Source of the DNA: Methanobacteriota archaeon
Lineage (GTDB): Archaea > Methanobacteriota_B > Thermococci > Methanofastidiosales > B48-G16
Length of the DNA: 46,724 nt
Direction: 5' to 3'
Assembly: GCA_034659995.1 (NCBI GenBank)
Contig: JAYEIH010000088.1
Coordinates: forward strand, 1-46,724
Below are positions 1 to 9,845 of this stretch, piece by piece. The notes under the pieces were generated by a model. The model did no database searches. It saw nothing but the letters and a program-made list of their open reading frames with translations, and was not told the origin of the DNA. A program made the position numbers and the translations under genes. How positions within the stretch are numbered: the stretch's first letter is position 1; every line of letters starts with the position of its first letter.

Positions 1-73
1 TGTAGATTCCTTTGAAACCCAAGAATAAAAAAAACAAAAACAAGGATAGAACTATTTTTTTGTTGTTTTTCAT
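1..73 (-). CDS. 5' end of a probable secreted/membrane protein running off the window edge
   Basis: Hand translation from ATG at 73 (in-frame ATG also at 85): MKNNKKIVISLFLFFLFLGFKGIY..., signal-peptide-like. Confidence 0.55.
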   Translation of the reverse strand, partial: MKNNKKIVLSLFLFFLFLGFKGIY

Positions 74-86
74 ATTAAGACCCATA

Positions 87-167
87 TTAATTCTCCGTAT
101 ATGTAACAGAACTCGATAGTACCAAAAATATCGTTGCAAATACCAGAACTTTTCTTTTATTTTTCAT
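87..167 (-). CDS. 26-aa signal-peptide-only ORF (possible truncated gene)
   Basis: MKNKRKVLVFATIFLVLSSSVTYTEN*, preceded by a strong AGGAGG RBS. Confidence 0.35.
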   Translation of the reverse strand: MKNKRKVLVFATIFLVLSSSVTYTEN

Positions 168-499
168 TTCTTATCCTCCTCTTCACCTTCTCGTTTTTCA
201 GTCATCAGAAACATCTTATTATACTGTCTTATCTCAATCTTTAAAAATGTTTTGGTCACTTTTGGGTGAATAAAGGAGTTTTTTTAACGTGATTTGTTAG
301 AGATAAACACTCATAATAAACAATAAATTTTGAAAAACTCTTGATTTTAATCTGTATAAATCGTATAAAACATTTTTCTTATGAAATTTAACATATAGTG
401 TAATAAAAAGTTCATAGTAGGGATTTGCAACAACTCCTATGAGAGTCTATGCAAAAAACGCATAGATTGAATGAAAAATGGAACTTGAACGGAAAAATA

Positions 500-533
500 C
501 AGAATTAAATAAAAGTAAAAAAAGAAAAAAAGA
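500..533 (-). terminator. Oligo-T terminator downstream of hppA
   Basis: Long A-rich tract on + (T runs on -) directly after the hppA stop. Confidence 0.5.
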
Positions 534-2513
534 TTAAAAGAGCGGCGCAAAAATGATGGCCACAATGGACATCAACTTAATGAGAATGTTCAGCGCCGGT
601 CCAGAGGTGTCCTTGAAAGGGTCTCCGACCGTGTCGCCGACAACGGATGCCTTATGTGCATTGCTGCCCTTTCCTCCAAAGTTTCCAGCCTCAATATACT
701 TCTTGGCATTGTCCATTGCGCCTCCGGAATTAGCCATGAAAACGGCGAGTAGAAAGCCTGTTACTACAGCACCGCCGAGCAGTCCGCCGAGTGCCTTGGG
801 ACCCAGAAGGAACCCAACGGCAATGGGTACCACCACGGCCAGTGTTCCCGGAAGTACCATCTCCCGCAGTGCCGCACCGGTGGATATCTCAATACACTTC
901 TCATAATCAGGTTTTGCCTCTCCTTCCATGATACCCGCAATCTCCTTGAACTGCCTTCGTACCTCATTCACTATCTTATACCCTGTCTTCCCAACAGCGC
1001 TCATTGTAAGAGCAGAGAAAAGGAATGGCAGTAATCCCCCTATGAAAAGTCCTGCTACAACATAGGGATCCGTTATACTCAGGGTTGTCGTCTCTGAAAC
1101 CTCTAAGGTATACGCTGAAAAAAGCGCTAAGGCGGTGAGAGCTGCAGAGCCAATGGCGAATCCTTTACCCATGGCAGCTGTGGTGTTGCCAACGGCATCG
1201 AGTGCCTCTGTTCTCTCGCGTATCTCTGTGCCAAGTCCTGCCATCTCAGATATTCCCGCAGCATTATCAGCCACAGGACCGTATGTATCGGTAGCAAGAG
1301 TGATTCCCAGAGTAGAAAGCATGCCTACTGCGGCTATTGCTATTCCGTACAGTCCTGCAAAATAGTGCGCTATAATTATCGCACCGCCAACGGCAATAAC
1401 TGGTATAGCTGTGGAAAGCATTCCCACGGCAATTCCTTCAATTATCAACGTTGCAGCACCTGTCTTTGCAGCCTCCGAGATGCCGCGGGTGGGCGAGTAC
1501 TCATGTGATGTGTAGTACTCGGTAACCATTCCTATAATCACACCAACAGCCAGTCCCGTAACTGCAGCATAGAATATTTCCAGCGTTTCTGTCAGGTAGT
1601 AAATCGCGACTCCTGAAAATATCGCAGTGAGTATTGAAGCAGAAAAGATTCCTCTATTCAGGGAAGAATGTAGTTTTTTCCTGTCGCCTCCCCTCACAAA
1701 GAAGGCCCCCATAATCGCACAGAGGATCCCTATCCCTGCTATAAGCATGGGTAGAACCACGAGATCCTCGCTCAGATACTTTCCTCCGATAGTCAGACCG
1801 GAAACACCGATAGCCATCGAAACAATTATTGAATCAACATAACTCTCAAAAAGGTCCGCACCCATTCCTGCGACGTCTCCAACATTATCTCCAACGTTGT
1901 CTGCTATCACCGCAGGGTTCCGAGGATCGTCCTCAGGTATACCCGCTTCCACCTTACCAACGAGATCGGCACCAACATCTGCTCCCTTTGTGTAAATTCC
2001 ACCGCCGACTCTGGCAAATAATGCGATGGAAGATGCTCCGAATCCAAATCCATAGATAATATCCGGATCTTCGAGAAGAATGTACAGAACCGATACACCG
2101 AGAAGACCGAGACTCACCACACAGAGTCCCATGACGGCACCGCTGGAAAATGCGACGTTAAGTCCCTTTCCTATGTTCTTTTTTGAAGCTTCAGCTGTTC
2201 GTGCGTTAGAAGCTGTGGCTATTCTCATTCCAATATTTCCTGAAACTGCGGAGAATATGGCTCCGAGAATAAAAGCACCTGCAAGCCTTGGATCACGGCC
2301 CACTGCCAGAACGACAGAGACCGCCAGTACAAAGATAACAAGTACCCTGTACTCTTTGTTCAAAAATGTCATTGCGCCCTTGAAAATAGCATCAGAAATC
2401 TCTTGCATCTTTTCAGTACCTTTATCATAACTAAAAATCCTTTTGGTTAGGTACCCGGCAAATAGAAGACCTATGCAACTAATTACTGGCCCCAATATTA
2501 CTAATTCATTCAT
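534..2513 (-). CDS. hppA: K+-dependent membrane pyrophosphatase, probably Na+-translocating
   Basis: [11 protein letters not shown] and EDDPRN motifs; GNTTAA (Ala = K+-dependent); GADLFESY Glu position typical of Na+-PPases; many TM segments. Confidence 0.95.
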   Translation of the reverse strand: MNELVILGPVISCIGLLFAGYLTKRIFSYDKGTEKMQEISDAIFKGAMTFLNKEYRVLVIFVLAVSVVLAVGRDPRLAGAFILGAIFSAVSGNIGMRIATASNARTAEASKKNIGKGLNVAFSSGAVMGLCVVSLGLLGVSVLYILLEDPDIIYGFGFGASSIALFARVGGGIYTKGADVGADLVGKVEAGIPEDDPRNPAVIADNVGDNVGDVAGMGADLFESYVDSIIVSMAIGVSGLTIGGKYLSEDLVVLPMLIAGIGILCAIMGAFFVRGGDRKKLHSSLNRGIFSASILTAIFSGVAIYYLTETLEIFYAAVTGLAVGVIIGMVTEYYTSHEYSPTRGISEAAKTGAATLIIEGIAVGMLSTAIPVIAVGGAIIIAHYFAGLYGIAIAAVGMLSTLGITLATDTYGPVADNAAGISEMAGLGTEIRERTEALDAVGNTTAAMGKGFAIGSAALTALALFSAYTLEVSETTTLSITDPYVVAGLFIGGLLPFLFSALTMSAVGKTGYKIVNEVRRQFKEIAGIMEGEAKPDYEKCIEISTGAALREMVLPGTLAVVVPIAVGFLLGPKALGGLLGGAVVTGFLLAVFMANSGGAMDNAKKYIEAGNFGGKGSNAHKASVVGDTVGDPFKDTSGPALNILIKLMSIVAIIFAPLF

Positions 2514-2569
2514 GATATCATCTCCATGTCATTACCTAATTCCTCGAACATTTTAAAAACCTTTCCCAC

Positions 2570-4393
2570 TCAGTGCTTCAGCCTTGATCTTCCTGTAGGC
2601 AGCACCTGAATTATCTCATCCAAATTGTCATACCCCAGCATATGAGCGAGTATCTTCGCGAGGGCTTCCTTTCGCTTATCCCCTTGAACTATCTCCACAT
2701 ATTTTTTGCAATTTGCCTTTACGGCAGAAACAGACCCGCACATTGGCTTGTTTTCAAATATACCGATGGCCAGGGAAAGTGGCACATGCTTAATAAATCT
2801 TTTTTCTCCTTTTATAAAAAATGCCCCCGTAGGCAGATACTCACCTGACGGAGGGGATTTTGTAACTTGTTCCGGATAAACCCAGTAAACATCCACCCCC
2901 GCAATCTTTTTCTTCCACGCTCGTGAGAACGAGGCTGCGAATACAGCCGCTTCATCTACCGTCTTTTCGGAACATTTCTGTCCGTCTTTGACAATGACAT
3001 GAGGGGCTCCGTGAATGTCTGCATGGAGGTAGAGGTCTGTTGAGTCCATATATCGTTTTACCAACATTTCATTTGTCTTTTTATCCCGTCCCCCTATCAT
3101 GAGGTAATCCTCACTGGAAAAACACCACTTGAACTTCTCATACCACTCTCTCTTCCTTCTTTTTGTTACTGTTACCTTTTTTTTCAGTAGATCTCCGCTT
3201 TTCAATGAGTCTATTTTTTCCCGGGTTCTCTGAAGAGCTTTCTTAGCACCTTCAATCTTTTTTTTAGCCTTTTTTGATTTGTCATAGAAGATCTTAGCGT
3301 TTTCAGGCACATCTTTTGAGATTTCTATTGTTATCTTTTTCTCAAAATTGAGCGCCATTTTTTTTGGAGAGATACTCGCAATGTATTCATTTTTTTTTGC
3401 CGCTTCTTGTATCTCATTCCATGAATGTGTTTCTCGTGCCTTTTCTATGGTCTCCAGGATCTTCTCTATCTCTTGATAATGGAGATAGATAAGGTCACCG
3501 ATCTTTTTATTCTTGGGTATATCTCTCTCAAATTTTTTGATGGCTTTCTTCTGTGAAGCTGCTATCCTTTCATATTTTCCTATTTTTTTATTTAATCTAT
3601 TTTTTCCAGATTTCTTTTCTTTTATAAGCTCTTTTTTACCATATATTTCGTCAAAAGCTTTGTTTAAGCTTTCATAGTATTTTTTTTCTTTATTTTTAAA
3701 TTTCAATAATTCAAAGGGGTATATTTTATCATCTATGACATTAACTTTTTTTTCCTTGGACCCCAGTTTTTTTATTCCCTCTTCTAATTTTCTTATATCG
3801 ACTTCTCCAGCGCTCTTAGTTTTATCTATTCCTGAGAGCAAACATAGTTCCTCTGCATAGAGCCCTCCGAGATCATACTCTGTAGCCAGAACCTTTACAA
3901 TCGCCGTATCTTCCTCGTTCAGTACGAAATCAGCAAAAATGTTATTACTTTCCGGGAATTCATACTGTTTCCCCACATAAAGCTCTCTCTTATGATGTCT
4001 CTTCCAGAGGGAAAGTATCTCATACTCGTTATCCGTCAGGATAAGATTGCCTTCCCCAAAAAATTCAATAATAAGACGGTATACAGTCTCATCAAAGCCC
4101 AGATCCATCTCTATGATCCTATCGAAGTTTATCTGTCTCATGTTCCGTATCCTCAGACCACCAAGTTTTTTCCTGAGAAACATGACAAATCCGGAAGGAT
4201 TTTTTGGAGCGGATTTTGGATATCTGGTTAAATATATGCATTCATCGGGCTTGATGATTAAGTCTTTTCTTCCCCCCCCATACAGTTTGAATCTAAATTC
4301 ACTATTTTTCTGATATACTTTTTTTATTCTCATGTTGCATATAGAAAATTCCTTCATTTCCGTAAGAATTACCTTAATATCAAAGGAATGCAT
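2570..4393 (-). CDS. rqcH: Ribosome quality control NFACT protein (RqcH/Rqc2 homolog)
   Basis: NFACT-N (FDRIIE, EFFGEGNLILTD), coiled coil, NFACT-R (WYEKFKW, GGRD, HADIHGAPH), GEYLPTGAF. Confidence 0.92.
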   Translation of the reverse strand: MHSFDIKVILTEMKEFSICNMRIKKVYQKNSEFRFKLYGGGRKDLIIKPDECIYLTRYPKSAPKNPSGFVMFLRKKLGGLRIRNMRQINFDRIIEMDLGFDETVYRLIIEFFGEGNLILTDNEYEILSLWKRHHKRELYVGKQYEFPESNNIFADFVLNEEDTAIVKVLATEYDLGGLYAEELCLLSGIDKTKSAGEVDIRKLEEGIKKLGSKEKKVNVIDDKIYPFELLKFKNKEKKYYESLNKAFDEIYGKKELIKEKKSGKNRLNKKIGKYERIAASQKKAIKKFERDIPKNKKIGDLIYLHYQEIEKILETIEKARETHSWNEIQEAAKKNEYIASISPKKMALNFEKKITIEISKDVPENAKIFYDKSKKAKKKIEGAKKALQRTREKIDSLKSGDLLKKKVTVTKRRKREWYEKFKWCFSSEDYLMIGGRDKKTNEMLVKRYMDSTDLYLHADIHGAPHVIVKDGQKCSEKTVDEAAVFAASFSRAWKKKIAGVDVYWVYPEQVTKSPPSGEYLPTGAFFIKGEKRFIKHVPLSLAIGIFENKPMCGSVSAVKANCKKYVEIVQGDKRKEALAKILAHMLGYDNLDEIIQVLPTGRSRLKH

Positions 4394-4407
4394 ACAGGTG
4401 TTATATA

Positions 4408-4429
4408 CAAAACCTTTTTAAAGTTTATC
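4408..4429. promoter_or_regulatory. BRE-TATA element probably shared by divergent rqcH and the 4453 gene
   Basis: CAAAACCTTTTTAAAGTTTATC reads as purine-rich BRE plus TTTWWAAA on both strands within a 59-bp divergent gap. Confidence 0.55.
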
Positions 4430-4452
4430 ATAAAGGGTAACTCGGTGAGATA

Positions 4453-4731
4453 ATGGATGATAAAAATAAATCTGCATTGGTTTTTTGTTTAACCGGAGCC
4501 TTTACAGGAGTGATTGCGGGCTCTTTCCTCAAAGGTATGGCAAATTATAATTACTTGATTCTACTGGTAGCTGTTGCAATTTTCTACCTTACTTCTCGCA
4601 TTGTTCCCTTTATAGGGGTCAACGTGGTGAGGCTCGGCGGAAAAAAGGGCGTTATTAAAGGAGGAATCTTTTCCTTTCTCATGTGGTGGCTCCTGTGTTG
4701 GTTCATAACATATTCATACAACGTTGCTTAG
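4453..4731 (+). CDS. Small 3-TM membrane protein, archaeal EMC6-like
   Basis: 92 aa, three hydrophobic helices, C-terminal GGIFSFLMWWLLCWFITYS; GGTGA RBS. Confidence 0.55.
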   Translation: MDDKNKSALVFCLTGAFTGVIAGSFLKGMANYNYLILLVAVAIFYLTSRIVPFIGVNVVRLGGKKGVIKGGIFSFLMWWLLCWFITYSYNVA

Positions 4732-4803
4732 TAGCAGTAATAACCAATGTTACAGAAAACTTTATATAGTGGGGTCATCAATAGTATATGACGAGGTTTT
4801 TAT

Positions 4804-5685
4804 ATGGCAGAAAAAAAAGAGAACTACTGGAAGACACTCGCTAGAAAACAGAAAGAGGAAATAGAGAAAATCAAGAGCAAAACGTCAAAGAAAAATGACA
4901 TTTGGCCAATAATGGCCATAATACTTTCGATATTCCTTGTTGCCGCTGTGTTTGGGGCAGGGTACCTTGCAATGCAGTACTGCAGTGTCGATTCCAGATA
5001 TGAGTCTTTAAAAACAAGTTTTGAAAGCCAAGAAGCTCAGAAAGACTCTCTTTTGCAAGAAAGAGATTCTCTAAGCAGTCAGGTAGACACGCTTAACGGC
5101 AGAGTAAGTGATCTTCAGGGGGAAAAATCGCAGTTAACCTCAGATCTGTCGACCCTCCAGGATGAACTCGATGAGACAGAAGAAGAGAAAAAAGAAAAAG
5201 AAGATGCTTTAAAAGAAAAAAATACAGAGATAGCGGACCTAAATACGGACATAATTACACTGAATTCCTCAATAGAGGATTACCAGGCATGGATTGAACG
5301 GTACAAATCAACTATAAATGAGCTGAATGAACGGCTTGGGGAAACGAGTGAGGAGGTAAGCGATCTGGAAGAAACAATGGCTCAGTGCATCGGATGTGGA
5401 ATCTGCTGCGTAGATATAGAGGCTGCCGGAGATCCCTCCTATGACGCCGGTACAAACTCAACGACACAGCACTATGACCTCTACCTCTTCTTTGATACTG
5501 ACTGCGGCACCTGCGGCTCTTCTTATTGTACGGTTTCATGTTGCGATCCATGCCATCCATGCTGCAATATCTGCACACCCTACGTTAGGGTACGTATGAG
5601 GGTTGTATGTGACCTTGACATCGCTGCTGCAGAGGACAACAATACCTTCACAACAACAATTCTGAGCTGGTACTGGTACCATTAA
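4804..5685 (+). CDS. Membrane-anchored coiled-coil protein with Cys-rich C-terminal domain, function unknown
   Basis: Basic N-terminus, single TM (~aa 34-57), heptad-rich acidic coiled coil (~aa 65-193), 14 Cys in the C-terminal domain; own TATA (~4760) and GAGG RBS. Confidence 0.8.
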   Translation: MAEKKENYWKTLARKQKEEIEKIKSKTSKKNDIWPIMAIILSIFLVAAVFGAGYLAMQYCSVDSRYESLKTSFESQEAQKDSLLQERDSLSSQVDTLNGRVSDLQGEKSQLTSDLSTLQDELDETEEEKKEKEDALKEKNTEIADLNTDIITLNSSIEDYQAWIERYKSTINELNERLGETSEEVSDLEETMAQCIGCGICCVDIEAAGDPSYDAGTNSTTQHYDLYLFFDTDCGTCGSSYCTVSCCDPCHPCCNICTPYVRVRMRVVCDLDIAAAEDNNTFTTTILSWYWYH

Positions 5686-5717
5686 TCCTTTTTTTCTTTT
5701 ATTATTCGGGTGAATAA

Positions 5718-7484
5718 ATGAGGATAGCTGTTATTGATTATGACAAGTGCAAACCAAAAAAATGCGATTCTTTGTGTATAAAGTACTGTCCGAGGGTGAG
5801 AATGGGCGACGAAACTATTGTCATGGACAAAAAAATAGGAAAACCAGTGATATCCGAAGAACTCTGTGTCGGATGCGGAATCTGTGTACATAAATGCCCC
5901 TTTGATGCAATACATATAGAAAATCTTCCTGAGGAGCTTGAGAATCCCGTTTATCAGTACGGTAAAAACTCCTTCAGACTTTATAGACTGCCCATTCCAA
6001 AGGAGAAACATGTTCTTGGTATTATGGGTAGTAACGGCATAGGAAAAACTACCGCGTTGAGAGTTCTCTCCTCGGAAATAGAGCCAAACTTCGGGGACTG
6101 GACCGTAGAGGAACTGGACGAAGAAAAGGTGCGCGAGTGCTTCAGAGGAACTGAACTGCAAAAGTATTTCGAAAAACTAAAGACCGGAGCAAAAGCTATA
6201 ATAAAGCCCCAGTATATAGATAGAATCCCAAAGAGGGTCTCAGGAACAGTGGCGGAGATCATAGAGAAAACAGATGAAAAAGGAATCTCGAAGGAGCTTG
6301 CAAAAAAACTGGATATGGAAAACTGTCTCGAAAGAGAGATAAAAAATCTTTCAGGTGGTGAGCTTCAGCGGCTTGCTATTATTGCTGCCATCACCAGAGA
6401 AGGGGATATTTATTACTTTGATGAACCTTCTTCTCATCTGGATATATATCAGAGACTTAACGTTGCCAGGAGTATAAGAAAACTCGCAGATAAAAAAACG
6501 GTGATTGTTGTGGAACATGACCTGGCAATTCTTGACTATCTCAGCGATTATGTACATATTTTCTATGGAAAACCAGGTGTATACGGGATTGTATCCTCCC
6601 CCATAGGGGTAAGGGTCGGGATAAACACATACCTTGACGGGTATTTAAAGGACGAAAATGTGAGGTTCAGACCCGAAACGATAGAGTTCGATGTTCATGG
6701 AGCCTATGAGCCTCCTCTGGGGAATGTCATTCTTGAGTATCCCAAACTAAGAAAGGAGTTTAAGGATTTTACTCTGAGTGCAGAGGACGGAACCCTGCAC
6801 GAACAGGAAATTATAGGGATCATAGGACCCAATGCTACGGGAAAATCCACCTTCGTAAAGATGCTTGCAGGTGTTGAAGAGCCCGATAACACAGCTGTAA
6901 AAACGGAATTAAAGGTATCATACAAGCCTCAGTACATAAAGAGGGATTTTAATGGCACCATAAAGCAGCTTCTAAGGAGTGTAGGAGGTGATGAATCGGG
7001 GTATTACAAAAGTAAGATCATAGACCCTTTAAGCCTTGAAAAGATCCTTGACAGTAAGGTCACAGAGATATCCGGTGGGGAACTTCAGAGAGTTGCAATA
7101 GCAGTCTGTTTGAGCCGTGATGCAGATATATACCTTTTGGATGAGCCCTCGGCATATCTGGATATAGAACAAAGACTGAATATGGCAAAGCTTATCCGAA
7201 GAAAGATGAAAGCTGATGAAAAATGTGCTCTGGTCGTGGAGCACGATATTGTGATCGTAGATTATATATCGGATAGAACGATTGTATTCTCAGGTGAGCC
7301 CGGAGCAAGAGGCACTGCCTCCCAACCACTTTATATACGGGAGGGAATGAACAGTTTTTTGAAAAATGTGAAGATAACATTCAGAAGGGATTATGATACC
7401 AAGAGACCGCGGGCCAACAAACTGGACTCACAGCTGGATAGAAAACAGAAGAGTGACGGCGAGTACTACTACGTCAAAAAATAA
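5718..7484 (+). CDS. rli1: Ribosome recycling ATPase ABCE1/Rli1
   Basis: N-terminal FeS domain (CKPKKC, CVGCGIC..CP), two ABC NBDs with SGGELQR, C-terminal RRD...RPRANK...GEYYY. Confidence 0.97.
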   Translation: MRIAVIDYDKCKPKKCDSLCIKYCPRVRMGDETIVMDKKIGKPVISEELCVGCGICVHKCPFDAIHIENLPEELENPVYQYGKNSFRLYRLPIPKEKHVLGIMGSNGIGKTTALRVLSSEIEPNFGDWTVEELDEEKVRECFRGTELQKYFEKLKTGAKAIIKPQYIDRIPKRVSGTVAEIIEKTDEKGISKELAKKLDMENCLEREIKNLSGGELQRLAIIAAITREGDIYYFDEPSSHLDIYQRLNVARSIRKLADKKTVIVVEHDLAILDYLSDYVHIFYGKPGVYGIVSSPIGVRVGINTYLDGYLKDENVRFRPETIEFDVHGAYEPPLGNVILEYPKLRKEFKDFTLSAEDGTLHEQEIIGIIGPNATGKSTFVKMLAGVEEPDNTAVKTELKVSYKPQYIKRDFNGTIKQLLRSVGGDESGYYKSKIIDPLSLEKILDSKVTEISGGELQRVAIAVCLSRDADIYLLDEPSAYLDIEQRLNMAKLIRRKMKADEKCALVVEHDIVIVDYISDRTIVFSGEPGARGTASQPLYIREGMNSFLKNVKITFRRDYDTKRPRANKLDSQLDRKQKSDGEYYYVKK

Positions 7485-7511
7485 TAAAAAGATATAAACG
7501 AGAGGATACTT

Positions 7512-8174
7512 ATGGAACTATTTGACAAAGAAGGGTTTACGAACACCCTGAGAAAAAATAAGAAATTCATGGCGTTCGGGATCGCTCTCTTTGTTATGGG
7601 TATTATCCTTGGTTATGTTGGTTATCTTTACCTCAGTGAGTCCGGTTACATAGACGAAGAAAACACCTCCGATACTGAGGAAATGCTGGATCATCCTCTT
7701 CTTCGCGGAATGAAAGAAAAGTTCTCCTTTTTTGAGAAACTGAATACTGCCGAGAGAATCATCTTTCTTTTCTTAAACAATCTTATGGTCTCTCTTCTTG
7801 CTATATTTTTTGGTGCTATTTTGGTGCTATTTCCTGTATTTGTGGCCTTTTTAAATGGATTTTTGATAGGATTAATCTCAGGAACTGTTTTAAATTCCGA
7901 AGGAATTAAATATCTTTTTGCAGCACTTATACCTCACGGCATCTTTGAGATACCTGCAATTCTCATTAGCGTGGGTCTGGGGCTGAAACTTGGGTATCTG
8001 ATTCTTCATACACTCGTTTCCATATTGAGGAGTAGACCGACGAAGGATGCGGAGATCAAGAGTTTCTTCAAGGAGCTGAGATCCGTAATTGTAGTTATTG
8101 TACTATTACTGGCCATCGCCGCTTTTGTGGAGGCTTTAATAACTCCCGCAGTCATAACAATGGTAGGTGGATAA
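7512..8174 (+). CDS. Stage II sporulation protein M (SpoIIM/DUF95) family membrane protein
   Basis: LFLNNL, NGFLIG, IPHGIFEIPA and AAFVEALIT motifs. Confidence 0.85.
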   Translation: MELFDKEGFTNTLRKNKKFMAFGIALFVMGIILGYVGYLYLSESGYIDEENTSDTEEMLDHPLLRGMKEKFSFFEKLNTAERIIFLFLNNLMVSLLAIFFGAILVLFPVFVAFLNGFLIGLISGTVLNSEGIKYLFAALIPHGIFEIPAILISVGLGLKLGYLILHTLVSILRSRPTKDAEIKSFFKELRSVIVVIVLLLAIAAFVEALITPAVITMVGG

Positions 8175-8176
8175 AA

Positions 8177-8335
8177 ATGGATAAAGAACTGATAGAGATA
8201 CTGGCATGCCCCGTGTGTAAAGGAAACGTATTTCTTGATAAAAAAGAAAATAAAATCGTTTGTGAGGAATGTGGAAGAAAATACCGTATTGAGGACGGGA
8301 TACCCATCATGCTTGAGGAAGAGGCAGAGCTATAA
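8177..8335 (+). CDS. trm112: Trm112 family methyltransferase activator (52 aa, missing from ORF track)
   Basis: MDKELIEILACPVCKGNV...VCEECGRKYRIEDGIPIMLEEEAEL*; LACP..CK, CxxC and GIP.ML signature; AGGTGG RBS. Confidence 0.9.
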   Translation: MDKELIEILACPVCKGNVFLDKKENKIVCEECGRKYRIEDGIPIMLEEEAEL

Positions 8336-9751
8336 CACGATCACACCATCAAAGATCGTTCTTTCCACATCTATCCTTTCTATCTCTTCAGAATCAATGC
8401 TCTCCGAGAGAATGACGAGATCGGCGAGTTTTCCCTCCTCTATACTCCCAAGATCCTTTTTTCGGTATGCTAGGTAAGCACTCCCCTTGGTATAGAGCCG
8501 GATGGCCTCCTCAACAGATATCCCTTCATCGTAAGGATCGTTGACCGCCCATTTTATCCCAAAAAGAGGAGAAAATGGCATACAGTCTGATCCAAATCCC
8601 ATTTTTATCCCTTTCTCCATCATTTTCCTGTATCGATTATTCAGTTTCGATTTTGCTCCAATCCGTTCAACATACATATTTTTGGACCATTTTAAGAAGT
8701 TAGGTTGCAAAGAACAGGGAATATCCATTTCTTTAATTCTTTTCCGAATTTTTATATCTGTTATTTCCACGTGCTCCAACTTGTGCCGCATTGTTCCCGA
8801 TACCCTCTCCAGTGAGTCCAGAACTTGGTTTATTGCCCTGTCTCCGATACAGTGAATCATTGCTTGAAGTTCGTTCTCATCGGCTTTTTGTATCAGTTCT
8901 GTGAGTTTGTCATTCCCGTAGAGCAGATCACCATTTTCATCGGATTCATTGTAATTAAAGGAAAGGGCCGCCGTTCTGGCGCCCAGTGAACCGTCGGTAA
9001 AGATCTTGATCCCATTGAACCACAGCTTCTCGGATCCGATGCGTGAGAGACCAGAGTTTACAATTGAGTCGATATGTGACGCTTTCATGTATAGGTGCGC
9101 CCTTATCCCCAGCTCGCCGGTATATGCCATTCTTTCATAAGCCCTAAAGATCTGCGGGTTAACAGTATCAACAACGCTTGTAACACCGAGGGAGTACGCC
9201 CGTTCTGTGGCAGCTTCTATTCCTCTCATATAATCTTCAGTTGTTTTTGGGTACATCTTCATGATTTTTGAGATATTACCCTCCCTGAATATCCCTTTTT
9301 CAAGATTGTAGAATGCGGGATCCAGCTCATTGAGATCAATCTTTTCTATAGCCGCGGAGTTTAGCGCAGCAAGATGGCCGCAGACCCTTACGGCTATCAC
9401 GGGGAAATCAACTGCGTCAAGGTCTTTTTTGAGTATGTATCGTTTTTCCTTGAAGATGGTTTCATCCCATCCTCGAACGATATTTAACCTTTTCTTTTCT
9501 GTTATTCCTATTATCTCTTCTATACTCTTACACTCGGAAACATCGTTTTCCATAGCTGTACCCATTGCTGCAAAATGTGTGTGAGAATCAAAAAAGCCAG
9601 GGATAACGGTCTTTTCCTCTGCATCTATTATCTCAGTATCCCCATCGATTAGATCCTCTATTTTTCCGAGTTTTTTTATTCTGCTGCCTTCGATATAGAC
9701 ATTCTTTTCCTCTTTGTCAAAAATATCTCCATTTATTATAGCCAGGCTCAT
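8330..9751 (-). CDS. Metal-dependent amidohydrolase (YtcJ/Amidohydro_3-like)
   Basis: PGFFDSHTH, KIFTDGSLGARTA, HCIGD, LEH, FGSD, GSIEEGKLADLV. Confidence 0.9.
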   Translation of the reverse strand: MSLAIINGDIFDKEEKNVYIEGSRIKKLGKIEDLIDGDTEIIDAEEKTVIPGFFDSHTHFAAMGTAMENDVSECKSIEEIIGITEKKRLNIVRGWDETIFKEKRYILKKDLDAVDFPVIAVRVCGHLAALNSAAIEKIDLNELDPAFYNLEKGIFREGNISKIMKMYPKTTEDYMRGIEAATERAYSLGVTSVVDTVNPQIFRAYERMAYTGELGIRAHLYMKASHIDSIVNSGLSRIGSEKLWFNGIKIFTDGSLGARTAALSFNYNESDENGDLLYGNDKLTELIQKADENELQAMIHCIGDRAINQVLDSLERVSGTMRHKLEHVEITDIKIRKRIKEMDIPCSLQPNFLKWSKNMYVERIGAKSKLNNRYRKMMEKGIKMGFGSDCMPFSPLFGIKWAVNDPYDEGISVEEAIRLYTKGSAYLAYRKKDLGSIEEGKLADLVILSESIDSEEIERIDVERTIFDGVIVL

Positions 9752-9845
9752 AGGATTTCCTCACAGTTTTAACTCTGCTCTTCATTAATCTATTTAAATT
9801 TGTCCATGAGATACCTTTTTATCTTCCTGTGGGAAGTAATGGTAA

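Noticed and set aside
5386-5885. Near-identical 16-mer TCGGATGYGGAATCTG in the Cys-rich gene and in ABCE1
   Set aside because: Explained by both encoding CxGCGIC; too short to show duplication
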